Shown here in pieces: positions 19,366 through 28,635 of a DNA stretch of 64,000 bases; positions within the stretch are counted from its first letter, which is position 1; the number at the start of each line of letters is the position of its first letter. The translations under genes were made by a program, and so were the position numbers. The stretch comes from a virus. Under the pieces are notes generated by a model. That model made no database searches. It saw only the letters and a program-made list of their open reading frames with translations, and was not told where the DNA came from. The stretch is taken from the IMG/VR virus record IMGVR_UViG_3300026311_000001, positions 19,873 to 83,872 of that record; one strand, given 5' to 3'.

Positions 19366-20168
19366 AAAAAGTTTCCTTAATAGTTAACCATTTTGAGAGA
19401 TTCGTTCAACTAAAAAGAACGTTATCTTCTATAAAGAAAAGTGCGTATGACAATCTGTATGTGGTGGTTTTAGATCATGATAGTCCTAATTGGAATGTTC
19501 ATATCAGTGAATTAAAAAAAACATATCCTGATTATGAATTTATGTCAATTCCTAAGCCAGACAAAAACAATTGGTATAGCATAATAGTAACATATAATTG
19601 GTGCATGAAGTATGTTCTTGACAATGTAAAACCAGATGTGTTTATGTTACAAGATGCAGAGTGCTATCACGTTGGAGATATTATAAGCAGGGCCAGTGAG
19701 GTTGAAGAAGCCGAATATATATCTTTTTCCTGTTTTTCTACTGATGAAGAAACTTACAAAAGGACTGATTTTGAACAAGTAATTGAAGGGATAGCCATAT
19801 CATGTGAAAAAGAAGTGTGGGCTAACGGGGTGAATGCATGGTATAATCACCCGATTTATAGAGGTGTTGGATATGGATTTTGCTGTGCAATGACGGCAGA
19901 CACAATGAGAAAGTTAAATGGATTTGATGAAAGATATAAAGATGGTGTTGCATATGGTGACGATGATTTTGTAAGAAGGGTAAAGGCATTAGATCTGAAA
20001 ATTACAATGCCTTTAACTCCATTTGTTGTTCACCAGTGGCACTACGATAAAACCTATATAATAAAAGATGAACTGCTAAGAAAAAACAGGGATGTCTATA
20101 TTGAGATAGGCCAAGAAGAAAAACATTATAAAGCTATTCACTTGATAACACCAAATTTTTATGAGTAA
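19362..20168 (+). CDS. glycosyltransferase family 2-like
   Basis: SLIVNHFER..VVVLDHDS N-terminal pattern, later GDDDF. Confidence 0.5.
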   Translation: MKKVSLIVNHFERFVQLKRTLSSIKKSAYDNLYVVVLDHDSPNWNVHISELKKTYPDYEFMSIPKPDKNNWYSIIVTYNWCMKYVLDNVKPDVFMLQDAECYHVGDIISRASEVEEAEYISFSCFSTDEETYKRTDFEQVIEGIAISCEKEVWANGVNAWYNHPIYRGVGYGFCCAMTADTMRKLNGFDERYKDGVAYGDDDFVRRVKALDLKITMPLTPFVVHQWHYDKTYIIKDELLRKNRDVYIEIGQEEKHYKAIHLITPNFYE

Positions 20169-21108
20169 AATTAAAATATCAATAGTTGTAAGTGTATGGG
20201 GTACAGAACATTTACTACGCAGGAGTATTGAAACATGGGCTAATCAGGATTTCCCAAAGGATGAATGGGAACTTATAGTAGTCAATGACTGTGCACTTGG
20301 TGATGTAAAATCTATCATTGAACCATACTATGATAAGATTAACATACAATATATCGAGTTTAAGCATTTCATGGGGATGCGTGGCAATACCATTGCGCTT
20401 AATACAGGATGGATGTGCGGCAGAGGTGAATTTATTGCAGAATCAACTCCTGAAACAATGTGGCCGCCGAACCTCATAAGACTTCTATACGAGCTTCATG
20501 AGAATAAAAAAGACAGGTTTGTAATGTTCAAGACTTACAATCTTACCCACGATATGCAGTTAAAGATTGACTCCGTAGATTGGAGATCAGACATAATGAA
20601 TATTTCCAAACTCGAAGGATGGGATGCCGATTGGGTTCAGATGAACAAGAAAAAGGGCAATGATTGGGGGACACACCAGACTGATTCCATACGTAAAGAT
20701 ACATGGTTTAAAATAACTAATGGCTTCGGATTCCCCCTTTTTAGCGGCTACGGAGAAGATGATCCGTATTTTCTTGGATTACGCAGACAGAAAAACATTG
20801 ATGATTTCGTAGTTCTTGATCCACTGTGTATTCATCAACATCATTTACCCTGGAATTATTTTGCATCACTTGGACATAGCCCAATGACAAATAAAAACAG
20901 TCATTCGATAAAGAATGTATGGAATGATGTTTCAGGAAGGGTACCCGAAAGAGGCTCATGTGAAATATTTGACGGACAGGACACGTCATTAATGACCGAA
21001 CAGGAATTATTATCATGGAGAGATTGGGATAATTATTTTATCGAATCGGGAGGCGATCCTAAATATTTAGAACCAAAATACGATTATTACAAAAAATATG
21101 GCTACTAA
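20161..21108 (+). CDS. glycosyltransferase family 2-like
   Basis: ISIVVSVWG..LLRRSIETWANQ..IVVNDCA. Confidence 0.55.
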   Translation: MSKIKISIVVSVWGTEHLLRRSIETWANQDFPKDEWELIVVNDCALGDVKSIIEPYYDKINIQYIEFKHFMGMRGNTIALNTGWMCGRGEFIAESTPETMWPPNLIRLLYELHENKKDRFVMFKTYNLTHDMQLKIDSVDWRSDIMNISKLEGWDADWVQMNKKKGNDWGTHQTDSIRKDTWFKITNGFGFPLFSGYGEDDPYFLGLRRQKNIDDFVVLDPLCIHQHHLPWNYFASLGHSPMTNKNSHSIKNVWNDVSGRVPERGSCEIFDGQDTSLMTEQELLSWRDWDNYFIESGGDPKYLEPKYDYYKKYGY

Positions 21109-22075
21109 ACCTACAATCATTGTTTACGCTGACTCAGATCATTCAGCGTGTTCATTCTGGAGGGCTATCGGCCCATTTAACGAGTTAGAACGGCAGGGAC
21201 TTATAAATGTTATCCGTGGCACTTATAACGAGTCATGGACTACATTAAGAAGAGCTGACATGGCTTTCTTTCAACGGCCTATGAGCAAGAGATGTAAAGA
21301 ACAGATATTCATGGCCAAAGATGTCGGATTGAAAATATGGATAGACTTGGACGACTATAGTGTTATCCCTGAATATCACCCGGTATTCGATGTTTACGAA
21401 AATGAATTTGATGAAAGATTGTTCTTTAAATATATGCTATTGGCAGATGCTGTCACCGTGTCAACTGAATTCTTAAAAAATCATTATCTGAAATATTCTA
21501 ACGTAATTGAAATAGTCCCTAATGCTATTAATGATTATTGGTTGTCATTCAAGAAACCGCAGCAGAACAATATAATTTTCTTAAGGGGCGGTGACCATCA
21601 TGACCACGATATGTATTTTTACAAAAACGCTATCATTGAACTTTCCAATAAGCACAGCATGAAAGTTATTATATGCGGAAGCAATCCTATTTACTTTCAA
21701 CAGGAAATTGATAATTATTCCTATGCAGGGAACTTTAACCTGCACAGTTATTTTGCTTATATACTCAGGTTCAAACCAGCTATCTTTGCCCTGCCATTCA
21801 TCAACTGTGAATTTAACAGGGGCAAGAGTAATATAGGATTTTTGGAAGCTACACTTGCCGGAGGGACATCTTTAACCCCTTCATGGTATAACTTAGATAA
21901 GTATAGTTTTTCTTATTCGGACTACGATACCTTTTATAGTAATCTGGAAGAAATGATTATCAATCCGGAACTATGCAAAGAAAAACATAGCAATGCCGTT
22001 AAACTGGTTAAAGATGAATATCTTCTATCTAATGTTAATAAAAAACGAATAGACATAATCAAAAAACTTATATGA
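21098..22075 (+). CDS. glycosyltransferase-like protein (family unclear)
   Basis: 325-aa ORF coupled between two GT2 genes; no clear motif. Confidence 0.3.
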   Translation: MATKPTIIVYADSDHSACSFWRAIGPFNELERQGLINVIRGTYNESWTTLRRADMAFFQRPMSKRCKEQIFMAKDVGLKIWIDLDDYSVIPEYHPVFDVYENEFDERLFFKYMLLADAVTVSTEFLKNHYLKYSNVIEIVPNAINDYWLSFKKPQQNNIIFLRGGDHHDHDMYFYKNAIIELSNKHSMKVIICGSNPIYFQQEIDNYSYAGNFNLHSYFAYILRFKPAIFALPFINCEFNRGKSNIGFLEATLAGGTSLTPSWYNLDKYSFSYSDYDTFYSNLEEMIINPELCKEKHSNAVKLVKDEYLLSNVNKKRIDIIKKLI

Positions 22076-22863
22076 GGTCACTAATAGCCATAGCAGTATA
22101 CGATACTGACGACAACAAAAGAACTGAGTATACTATCAAAACATATGAGAGTGTTACGAGAACGATATTTGATGACACTCAGGTATGTTTTATAGATAAC
22201 GATTCATGCCTTAGAACAAAGGAGTTTTTAAAGTCTGTACAATCAGGTGACCTCAAGGTAGATGTTATCACTAATACATCTAACATAGGAACCGCAGAAG
22301 CCATTAATAAAGCATGGTATAAGTACAAAGATATCCCTTATAAGATTAAACTGGATAATGATGTTGTATTTCATGAACCTGGATGGGTTGAAGATATGAT
22401 AAGATGTTTCGAGTTAAATCCTGAAATTGGCATTTTAGGGCTTAAAAGAAAGGACTTGCCTAATGAGCCGTCATCAGAATCCTATCCGACAAAATTAGCT
22501 TACCTGAATCATTCTTTAGGGGATAAATGGGATTTTAAGAACGTAGTAGAATATTGCGAAGACATTATCGGCACGTGCCTTATGTTTAACCCTGAATTGT
22601 TTAATAAGATCGGATACCTTTATCAGCCTGGATCGTATGGGTTTGACGATGTATTAGCCTGTGCCAGATCGCTTAAAGCAGGGTTCAGGAACGCTTTCTA
22701 TCCGTCTGTTGAAATAGATCATATTGACACAGGAGAAACAGTTTATGCTGACTGGAAAAGAAAGTATGCCGGAGTATACCTGCCTAAGATCGGGGGAATA
22801 ATAAGTGAATATAGTTCAGGAGAAAAATCTATTCACTATAATCCGTTTGAAAATAATCAATAG
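22072..22863 (+). CDS. glycosyltransferase family 2-like
   Basis: [32 protein letters not shown]. Confidence 0.5.
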   Translation: MRSLIAIAVYDTDDNKRTEYTIKTYESVTRTIFDDTQVCFIDNDSCLRTKEFLKSVQSGDLKVDVITNTSNIGTAEAINKAWYKYKDIPYKIKLDNDVVFHEPGWVEDMIRCFELNPEIGILGLKRKDLPNEPSSESYPTKLAYLNHSLGDKWDFKNVVEYCEDIIGTCLMFNPELFNKIGYLYQPGSYGFDDVLACARSLKAGFRNAFYPSVEIDHIDTGETVYADWKRKYAGVYLPKIGGIISEYSSGEKSIHYNPFENNQ

Positions 22864-23800
22864 TCCGTATTAATCCTTCTCTTAGGTTAATTTTAGGATT
22901 CCAATTTAAAATGTTTTTCGCAAGTGTAATGTCTGGCTTTCTTTGCTTTGGATCATCGAAGGGCAAGTCAGTATAGATAATTTTAGATTTCGACCCTATC
23001 AAGTTGATGATTTCAACGGCTAAATCATTAATGGTAAACTCTACCGGATTACCTATATTTACCGGATAATTATAATCTGAGTTCATTAATAATATCAAGG
23101 CGTCGATAAGGTCTGAAATATATTGGAAACTTCTTGTCTGATTACCGCTTCCATAAACTGTAATATCTTTGTTCTGTAATGCCTGTACGATAAAGTTTGA
23201 TATTACCCTTCCGTCATCATGCCGCATATTTTCTCCGTATGTATTAAATATTCTGGCAATTCTAATGTCAACATTGTTTTGTTTATGGTAATCCATGAAA
23301 ATTGTTTCAGCGCAACGCTTTCCTTCATCGTAACAGCTACGGATGCCGATGGTATTTACATTGCCCCAATAGGATTCTTTTTGAGGGTGGATTTCCGGGT
23401 CACCGTATATTTCGCTGGTAGATGCCTGTAATATTTTGGCATGTACCCTTTTTGCTAATCCGCACATATTAACAGCACCTAAGACAGATGTTTTTATCGT
23501 CTTTATCGGATTATATTGATACTGGACAGGTGATGCAGGACAGGCTAAATTATATATTTCATCAACTTCCAGAAATATAGGTTGTGTTACATCATGCCTG
23601 ATGATTTCAAAGTTGGGGTTATCTAATAAATGAATAATGTTTTTCTTTCTCCCGGTAAAATAATTATCAAGACAGATTACTTCGTTTCCTTCTTTTAATA
23701 GCCTATCGCAAAGATGTGAACCAATAAACCCTGCCCCACCAGTTACAAGTATTCTTTTATAATATGAGTAGTTCACCGGTTCAAACATACTCAAACTCAA
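22829..23800 (-). CDS. UDP-glucuronate decarboxylase (UDP-xylose synthase)-type SDR
   Basis: [44 protein letters not shown], full-length extended SDR. Confidence 0.8.
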   Translation of the reverse strand: MSLSMFEPVNYSYYKRILVTGGAGFIGSHLCDRLLKEGNEVICLDNYFTGRKKNIIHLLDNPNFEIIRHDVTQPIFLEVDEIYNLACPASPVQYQYNPIKTIKTSVLGAVNMCGLAKRVHAKILQASTSEIYGDPEIHPQKESYWGNVNTIGIRSCYDEGKRCAETIFMDYHKQNNVDIRIARIFNTYGENMRHDDGRVISNFIVQALQNKDITVYGSGNQTRSFQYISDLIDALILLMNSDYNYPVNIGNPVEFTINDLAVEIINLIGSKSKIIYTDLPFDDPKQRKPDITLAKNILNWNPKINLREGLIRTIDYFQTDYSE

Positions 23801-24119
23801 TACGGTTCACAGCAGATGTAGGCATTACTCCCTTATGAGTTTTACAGAACATATCTATAAACTCATCCGGCCTCATCCCCGGAAATCCCTCCAAAATACA
23901 TTCCTTTTCAGTTATGCAGAATAATGCCTCAGAACGGGTTGAAACAATCCTTATCTGACAGATTTTCTTTATTTTCTCCCCCTTCTTTAACCCCTGACAC
24001 TTTTCAACTGCATTGACAATCTCTCCTGGTTTTAAAAACCACCATCCGTTACGCCGGGTAACTGTTTTCGTCTTTTCTCTCACCTGATTAGGTGTAATCA
24101 TAAATGACATATTTCTCAT
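23781..24119 (-). CDS. ASCH-domain protein
   Basis: ..[19 protein letters not shown].. and small beta-barrel size. Confidence 0.5.
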   Translation of the reverse strand: MRNMSFMITPNQVREKTKTVTRRNGWWFLKPGEIVNAVEKCQGLKKGEKIKKICQIRIVSTRSEALFCITEKECILEGFPGMRPDEFIDMFCKTHKGVMPTSAVNRIEFEYV

Positions 24120-24140
24120 AGGTTTTATCCCCTCGCCAAA

Positions 24141-24176
24141 GAAGACCCTCTCCTTTAGGGGAGGGATGAATTTGGC
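24141..24176 (-). repeat. end-hairpin module, copy 3 (right end of IscB-type element)
   Basis: GCCAAATTCATCCCTCCCCTAAAGGAGAGGGTCTTC aligns with CCAAGTCAATCACCCTTCCCTAAAGGGGAAGGGCTTG (26095..26060) and with copy 1 at 4366..4331. Confidence 0.5.
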
Positions 24177-24182
24177 TATTTT

Positions 24183-24328
24183 TTAATTCCATATTAAACC
24201 ACCTTGATTATAATATTTTTCTATGTCTTTTGTCTTAAAATATTCTTTAAGTTTTGTTGAACCATAGCAAATATATTTACCATAGCTGAACATTCCTTTA
24301 CAGATATATTTTTTTCCTTTAACCCAAA
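24183..24328 (-). pseudogene. possible IscB C-terminal fragment
   Basis: ..LWVKGKKYICKG..GKYICYGSTKLKEYF..KYYNQGGLIWN*. The ending resembles IscB C-termini as I recall them (..NNGGLQIYV); weak. Confidence 0.25.
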
Positions 24329-24380
24329 GTGAACTACCCACCCACAGCAAAGCTGATGAGTGGGCTTTCGCTCCTAATGT
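24329..24380 (-). mobile_element. 52-nt miniature element (single hairpin + TAGTTCAC end)
   Basis: ACATTAGGAGCGAAAGCCCACTCATCAGCTTTGCTGTGGGTGGGTAGTTCAC, preceded by TTTAC; 50 nt (24337-24386, spanning its hairpin, left end and adjacent TAM flank) identical to 25703-25752. Confidence 0.5.
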
Positions 24381-24444
24381 GTAAAAAGAGCTGGCTCTGT
24401 TTAAGAAGACAACCAGTGACTCCATTAGGTGAAATTGTGGGGCA

Positions 24445-24590
24445 GTGAACTACCCACCCACGCCAAAGGCGATGGGATGGGCTTCATGGGTCAAAGCTCC
24501 TTCTACTGAAGGCAACGTACCATGATTTTTTAGTGTATGTTCCGTACACAAATGATTGTTTAAAGCAAAATTTTTGATATTTATGGAAGC
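24445..24590 (-). ncRNA. omega-RNA (reRNA) scaffold of element 1, extent approximate
   Basis: The 3' end of tnpB plus the right end form hairpins (CCTTCAGTAGAAGG; CCCAUCCCAUCGC/GCGUGGGUGGG with two bulged U). Guide would be TGCCCCACAATTTCACCTAA (24444..24425). Confidence 0.5.
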
Positions 24591-25628
24591 GTTTAAATCC
24601 CGGTCAAGAACAGAACCACACTCAGGACAAGACCATTCACGGTCTTTGAGTGTAAGTTCTTTGTTGATATACCCACAGCCTGAGCATGTTTTCGAGCTGG
24701 GTTCAAACCTTCCAATGCGAAGTATATTAACTCCGCTCCATTTTGCTTTATATTCAAGCATGGTTACAAACATTCCCCAACTGGCATCTGAAATAGAACC
24801 AGCTAAACGATGGTTTTTTACCATACCTTTAATGTTTAAGTCTTCCAAAGCAATAGATTGGTTCTCTCGTATTAACTCCGTGCTAACTTTATGCAGAAAA
24901 TCATTTCTTTGGTTTGCTACTTTTTCATGTAACAAAGCAACTTTATGTTTACGCCTTTTCCCTTTATTTTTTGAATACTGGCGTTGGTTGTATTTTAGTT
25001 TATCCTGTGCTTTACGTAGGTATTTAGGGTTATCATATTCTTCACCATTTGAAGAAACTATATATGATTTGATTCCTAAATCTAACCCTACCGTTGTTTC
25101 TTCTTTTATTGGTTGTGATTGTTTTTCAACCTCGCCTGTTTCACATAGAATAGAAACAAAATATTTACCTGTTGGTGTACGGCTTATTGTAGCCTGTTTA
25201 ATATCTCCTTTTATAGGTCGATGTAGGATAACCTTAATACCTTTTTTAAATTTAGGTATGAATATCCTATCACCATCTAAGCGTACTGATTGCGGTATAT
25301 TAAAAGACTGCTTACCCCTACCTTTTTTCTTAAACTTGGGGAAATCATTTTGCGCTTTAAAAAAGGCTGTATATGCTTTATCTAAATTTGTTATTGACTG
25401 TTGCAAGGATTGGCTATTAACCTCTTTCAACCATTCGTATTCATTTTTTAGATTAGTTAATCTTTTATGTAGCGCAAATAAAGAATGGTTTGTCTTATCT
25501 TTAGCGTATTCAGTCTGCTTAAAAGCCAAAGCGTTATTATACACAAACCTTGCACAACCAATATGCTTATTGATTAACTCAGCTTGCGGGGCTGTTGGTG
25601 ATATTTTGTATTTATACGCTCTTAACAT
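24450..25628 (-). CDS. tnpB: TnpB RuvC nuclease
   Basis: MLRAYKYKISPT.., VGLDLGIKSY, IALEDLNIKGM, CSGCGY..CPECG, DRDLNASINI. Confidence 0.9.
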   Translation of the reverse strand: MLRAYKYKISPTAPQAELINKHIGCARFVYNNALAFKQTEYAKDKTNHSLFALHKRLTNLKNEYEWLKEVNSQSLQQSITNLDKAYTAFFKAQNDFPKFKKKGRGKQSFNIPQSVRLDGDRIFIPKFKKGIKVILHRPIKGDIKQATISRTPTGKYFVSILCETGEVEKQSQPIKEETTVGLDLGIKSYIVSSNGEEYDNPKYLRKAQDKLKYNQRQYSKNKGKRRKHKVALLHEKVANQRNDFLHKVSTELIRENQSIALEDLNIKGMVKNHRLAGSISDASWGMFVTMLEYKAKWSGVNILRIGRFEPSSKTCSGCGYINKELTLKDREWSCPECGSVLDRDLNASINIKNFALNNHLCTEHTLKNHGTLPSVEGALTHEAHPIAFGVGG

Positions 25629-25747
25629 ATTGCAAATATACAAAATTTACAGAAACATACTAATTAATTTAAATAAATTATCTTGTATTGGGTCGCTTTT
25701 ATCCCACCCACAGCAAAGCTGATGAGTGGGCTTTCGCTCCTAATGTG

Positions 25748-25822
25748 TAAAACTTTTGCCTTTCTTGGACTACAAGGCATCAAAGGTTCACCTCTTTGAT
25801 TTAAAACATAAACAGATACACT
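25748..25822 (-). pseudogene. IscB/IsrB-type PLMP-domain N-terminal fragment, no start codon
   Basis: SVSVYVLNQRGEPLMPCSPRKAKVL, cut off by the left end of TnpB element 1. Confidence 0.55.
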
Positions 25823-26100
25823 CGTGTTCTGTTTCCGATTTGACTCGGATTGATCCCCATCGGGATTGTTTAAGAACCGTTTGTCATTTTTCAGACCAAT
25901 CTCAACACTAAGAGTTTCCTCTTTGTTTAATTGAGAATTCACAGAGCAAAGGACTTGGGAAGTATCCCCTGGTGTGTTCTTTAACTTTTTCTTAAACTTC
26001 TGCATAAAACCTCTATTAAAATTTTAAGCTCCCTAATCAACCAATTACCCTTGAAAGTCACCTCTCAAGCCCTTCCCCTTTAGGGAAGGGTGATTGACTT
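25823..26100 (-). ncRNA. HEARO/IscB-omega-RNA-like structured RNA candidate, copy 2
   Basis: Immediately 5' of the PLMP fragment, as expected for IscB omega-RNA; homologous to 4103-4372 with hairpin covariation. Confidence 0.45.
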
Positions 26101-27174
26101 GGCCATTACAAATTTTCCATTTTTTAGCATATAAAACGTATCTGCCTTTATCTTTTTACCATCAACCTTTGCGGTCTTTACCGATTTTAACTCCCATCCA
26201 TAACTATTTTGAACCCATTCTGAAAGCGTTATCCAACAATTTAACGGTGCTTTAGCTTTGTTTTTTATCCCGAATCCTACTGCCATAGAATGATTACTAT
26301 CAATTCCCGTGATAGATGATTCAGATTCATAACCTGTCGTGGTCGATACAGTACCTATACCTGATGCCTGTGAGACTGAACTGTAACCTGATGCCTGTGA
26401 GGCTGAACTGTAACCTGATGCCTGTGAGGCTGACCTGTCACCTGATGCCTGTGAGGCTGACCTGTAACCTGATGCCTGTGAGGCTGAACTGTCACCTGAT
26501 GCCTGTGAGGCTGACCTGTCACCTAATGCCTGTGAGGCTGACCTGTCACCTGATGCCTGTGAGGCTGACCTGCCACCTGATGCCTGTGAGGCTGAACTGT
26601 CACCTGATGCCTGTGAGGCTGACCTGTCACCTGATGCCTGTGAGGCTGACCTGTCACCTGATGCCTGTGAGGCTGACCTGTCACCTGATGCCTGTGAGGC
26701 TGAACTGTCACCTGATGCCTGTGAGACTGAACTGTAACCTGATGCCTGTGAGGCTGAACTGTAACCTGATGCCTGTGAGGCTGACCTGTCACCTGATGCC
26801 TGTGAGGCTGACCTGTCACCTGATGTACTGTTTTCTTTAGTCCATGTAACTTTATCAAATATAAATTTAATTGCACATTCGACTAATGTTTTTATACTTA
26901 TCTCCGTTTCCACGTGTATCTTAGATGAAGCTATTTTTGAATCATCATTTCCTTTGTCAATCTTACCATCTACTTTACAAATGGCAAACCTGTTATTAGC
27001 CGGAGGATAATAATTGAACACATCCAACGGATATTCGCATGAATGAAATCCTTTATTCGTACACTGTACTGGTGTTTCATCCATTTCATAAGTTTTACCA
27101 ATTTCATACTGAAATTCATTCTCATTTGGAGAACATTTTAAATCTTTGGCAAATCCTTTGTACGTAGTTTTCAT
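26080..27174 (-). CDS. repeat protein with 17 tandem nonapeptides SGDRSASQA
   Basis: Start MKTTYKGF (27174) more likely than 27210. Cys/His-containing N-terminal domain, 17 x 9-aa repeats, conserved C-terminal domain. Confidence 0.6.
   Translation of the reverse strand: MKTTYKGFAKDLKCSPNENEFQYEIGKTYEMDETPVQCTNKGFHSCEYPLDVFNYYPPANNRFAICKVDGKIDKGNDDSKIASSKIHVETEISIKTLVECAIKFIFDKVTWTKENSTSGDRSASQASGDRSASQASGYSSASQASGYSSVSQASGDSSASQASGDRSASQASGDRSASQASGDRSASQASGDSSASQASGGRSASQASGDRSASQALGDRSASQASGDSSASQASGYRSASQASGDRSASQASGYSSASQASGYSSVSQASGIGTVSTTTGYESESSITGIDSNHSMAVGFGIKNKAKAPLNCWITLSEWVQNSYGWELKSVKTAKVDGKKIKADTFYMLKNGKFVMAKSITLP
26360..26826. repeat. 27-bp tandem repeat, about 17 copies
   Basis: CCTGATGCCTGTGAGGCTGA(A/C)CTGT(A/C)A units; open in several frames on both strands. 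Confidence 0.9.
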
Positions 27175-27197
27175 AGTGTTATTGATTAAAGTTGTTT

Positions 27198-28489
27198 GTA
27201 AACTACCCACCCACGCAAAGCGATGGGATGGGCTTTAAACCTGACAACGAATGCAAAGAGCAATACATAGTCGATTTTTCAGCAGAATTTACGGTCTGCC
27301 CAAGCAAAGAGATAACTTTAGAAGCGTTATAATCAGCGTCTATGGTATCTACATTGCAGTTTGTGTTTGTGCATTTAAACACTTTGTTTGTTCGTTTGCC
27401 AATATGTTTACATTCACAGCAAGTCTGCGAACTGTAAGCAGGATTGACCACAACAAGTTTAATCCCATTGAGCAAAGCCTTATATTCAAGTTTTACTCTC
27501 AAATCTGCAAAGTTCCATTTATTAAGTTTTGTCCTAAACTTTTTGTTTCTCCGTTTAGAAGTAAACCTGATATTGGTAAGGTCTTCAATGGAAATACCTT
27601 TACCCTGTTCTTTTGCAGATGCTACAATAGATTTACTTATTGTGTGGTTAATCAAATTAGCCGTTGTTCTTTCCTTGCCACTAAGCCGTTTAGACAACTT
27701 CCTGCAATTCCTTTTAGTGGAACGCTTAGAAGTGTCTGCCTTTGCCTGAATAGAACTACGAACTTTTTGCCGATGTTCACGATAAGTATTAAGCCACTCG
27801 GCAGAATGGTTAATACCATCAGAAGTTGCTATAATCGTTGTCAAACCAAAATCACAACCGATAAATTCCTCAATGTCTTTAACATCTTCTTCGGGAACGT
27901 CAACGGTCTGAAACAGGTAAAACTTGCCTTTCTTATAAACCAAATCCGCTTCACCTTTAATGTAAGGCAGGTAGTTTCTATTATGGCAAACAAAGGGAAC
28001 TTTAATCCTGCCACCGATAGCCCAAAGGGAAACAATATCGTTGGATTTGTAAGTCATAATCCTGCTATCATAACCAATGCTTCCAAGCGGTCTAAATTGT
28101 CTTTTGGTTTTCTTATCCAATTTGTAGCTATCAGCAACTTTTGCAATACATCTTACAAGAATTTGACTACTAAGTTTAAAAGTAGCCTTGTATTTATGAT
28201 AAACCTCGTGATGCAATTTAAAATTATTGAAAATACGCTTCTCACAAGCCACATCAGAAATGGCATTGCAAACAGCATTAGCTTCCTTCATCGTGTCGAG
28301 AAGCAAGTTAGCCTGTTCATCGGCAGGCAAAAGCTTTATTTTCAATGTCAACTTCATGGCACAAAGATACGAAATAATTTCACATATAAGAAAAATAATT
28401 ACTAATTTTGTTAAACAATTTAATTATGGAGCGACAATTCCTTCCATCGGCAGCAAAGCTGACCAATGGGTTTCCTTGCCGAAAAGCTT
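27198..28489 (-). mobile_element. TnpB-only IS200/IS605-like element 3
   Basis: Left-end hairpin CCATTGGTCAGC-tttg-CTGCCGATGG preceded by TTCAT; right-end hairpin + TAGTTTAC. In-silico excision restores a clean stop in the flanking ORF. Confidence 0.65.
27203..28357 (-). CDS. tnpB: TnpB RuvC nuclease (divergent from elements 1 and 2)
   Basis: FIGCDFGLTTIIATS, GISIEDLTNI, CCECKH..CTNTNC, DADYNASKVI. Confidence 0.85.
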   Translation of the reverse strand: MKLTLKIKLLPADEQANLLLDTMKEANAVCNAISDVACEKRIFNNFKLHHEVYHKYKATFKLSSQILVRCIAKVADSYKLDKKTKRQFRPLGSIGYDSRIMTYKSNDIVSLWAIGGRIKVPFVCHNRNYLPYIKGEADLVYKKGKFYLFQTVDVPEEDVKDIEEFIGCDFGLTTIIATSDGINHSAEWLNTYREHRQKVRSSIQAKADTSKRSTKRNCRKLSKRLSGKERTTANLINHTISKSIVASAKEQGKGISIEDLTNIRFTSKRRNKKFRTKLNKWNFADLRVKLEYKALLNGIKLVVVNPAYSSQTCCECKHIGKRTNKVFKCTNTNCNVDTIDADYNASKVISLLGQTVNSAEKSTMYCSLHSLSGLKPIPSLCVGG

Positions 28490-28635
28490 ATGAATTTTTT
28501 AATGCTAATAGTTTCTAATATTTCACTCTCCTGTACGGCTATCTTAGATTCTATCCGTTCTATTATCCTCTGATAGGCGGTCTTGCCGTCTAAGCCTAAT
28601 TGATAGGCGTCGGGTTTAGAATGAATCTTCTTCAT
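28420..28635 (-). CDS. small ORF whose 3' part (28420-28489) is IS-derived
   Basis: Reads ..ETISIKKFI then enters the element left end; ancestral end reconstructed as ..KKFINNFNQ*. Confidence 0.4.
   Translation of the reverse strand: MKKIHSKPDAYQLGLDGKTAYQRIIERIESKIAVQESEILETISIKKFISFSARKPIGQLCCRWKELSLHN

Larger units (their letters stand above)
24445..25746 (-). mobile_element. TnpB-only IS200/IS605-like element 1
   Basis: Left end ACATTAGGAGCGAAAGCCCA + hairpin, preceded by TTTAC; right end hairpin CCCATCCCATCGC..GCGTGGGTGGG + TAGTTCAC. Confidence 0.6.
24141..26100 (-). mobile_element. decayed IscB-type element carrying nested TnpB element and mini-element (boundaries approximate)
   Basis: Similar end hairpins at 26060-26095 and 24141-24176; HEARO-like RNA; PLMP N-terminal fragment; possible IscB C-terminal fragment. 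Confidence 0.4.

Noticed and set aside
24556-25722. 388-aa + strand ORF; likewise 27251..28405 (384 aa) and 30782..31873 (363 aa)
   Set aside because: Each is the exact antisense mirror of a tnpB gene with clear RuvC and zinc-finger motifs. The composition is low-complexity (S/L/F/C-rich), no motifs are present, and the starts fall in element ends.
26360-26826. Possible CRISPR array
   Set aside because: The 27-bp units are directly abutting with no spacers, and they lie inside a coding frame.
26316-26876. ORFs 26316..26840 (+) and 26523..26876 (-) with MPVRL/HRHQVT repeats
   Set aside because: These are alternative-frame readings of the 27-bp tandem repeat. Only the 26080..27174 frame has non-repetitive N- and C-terminal domains.
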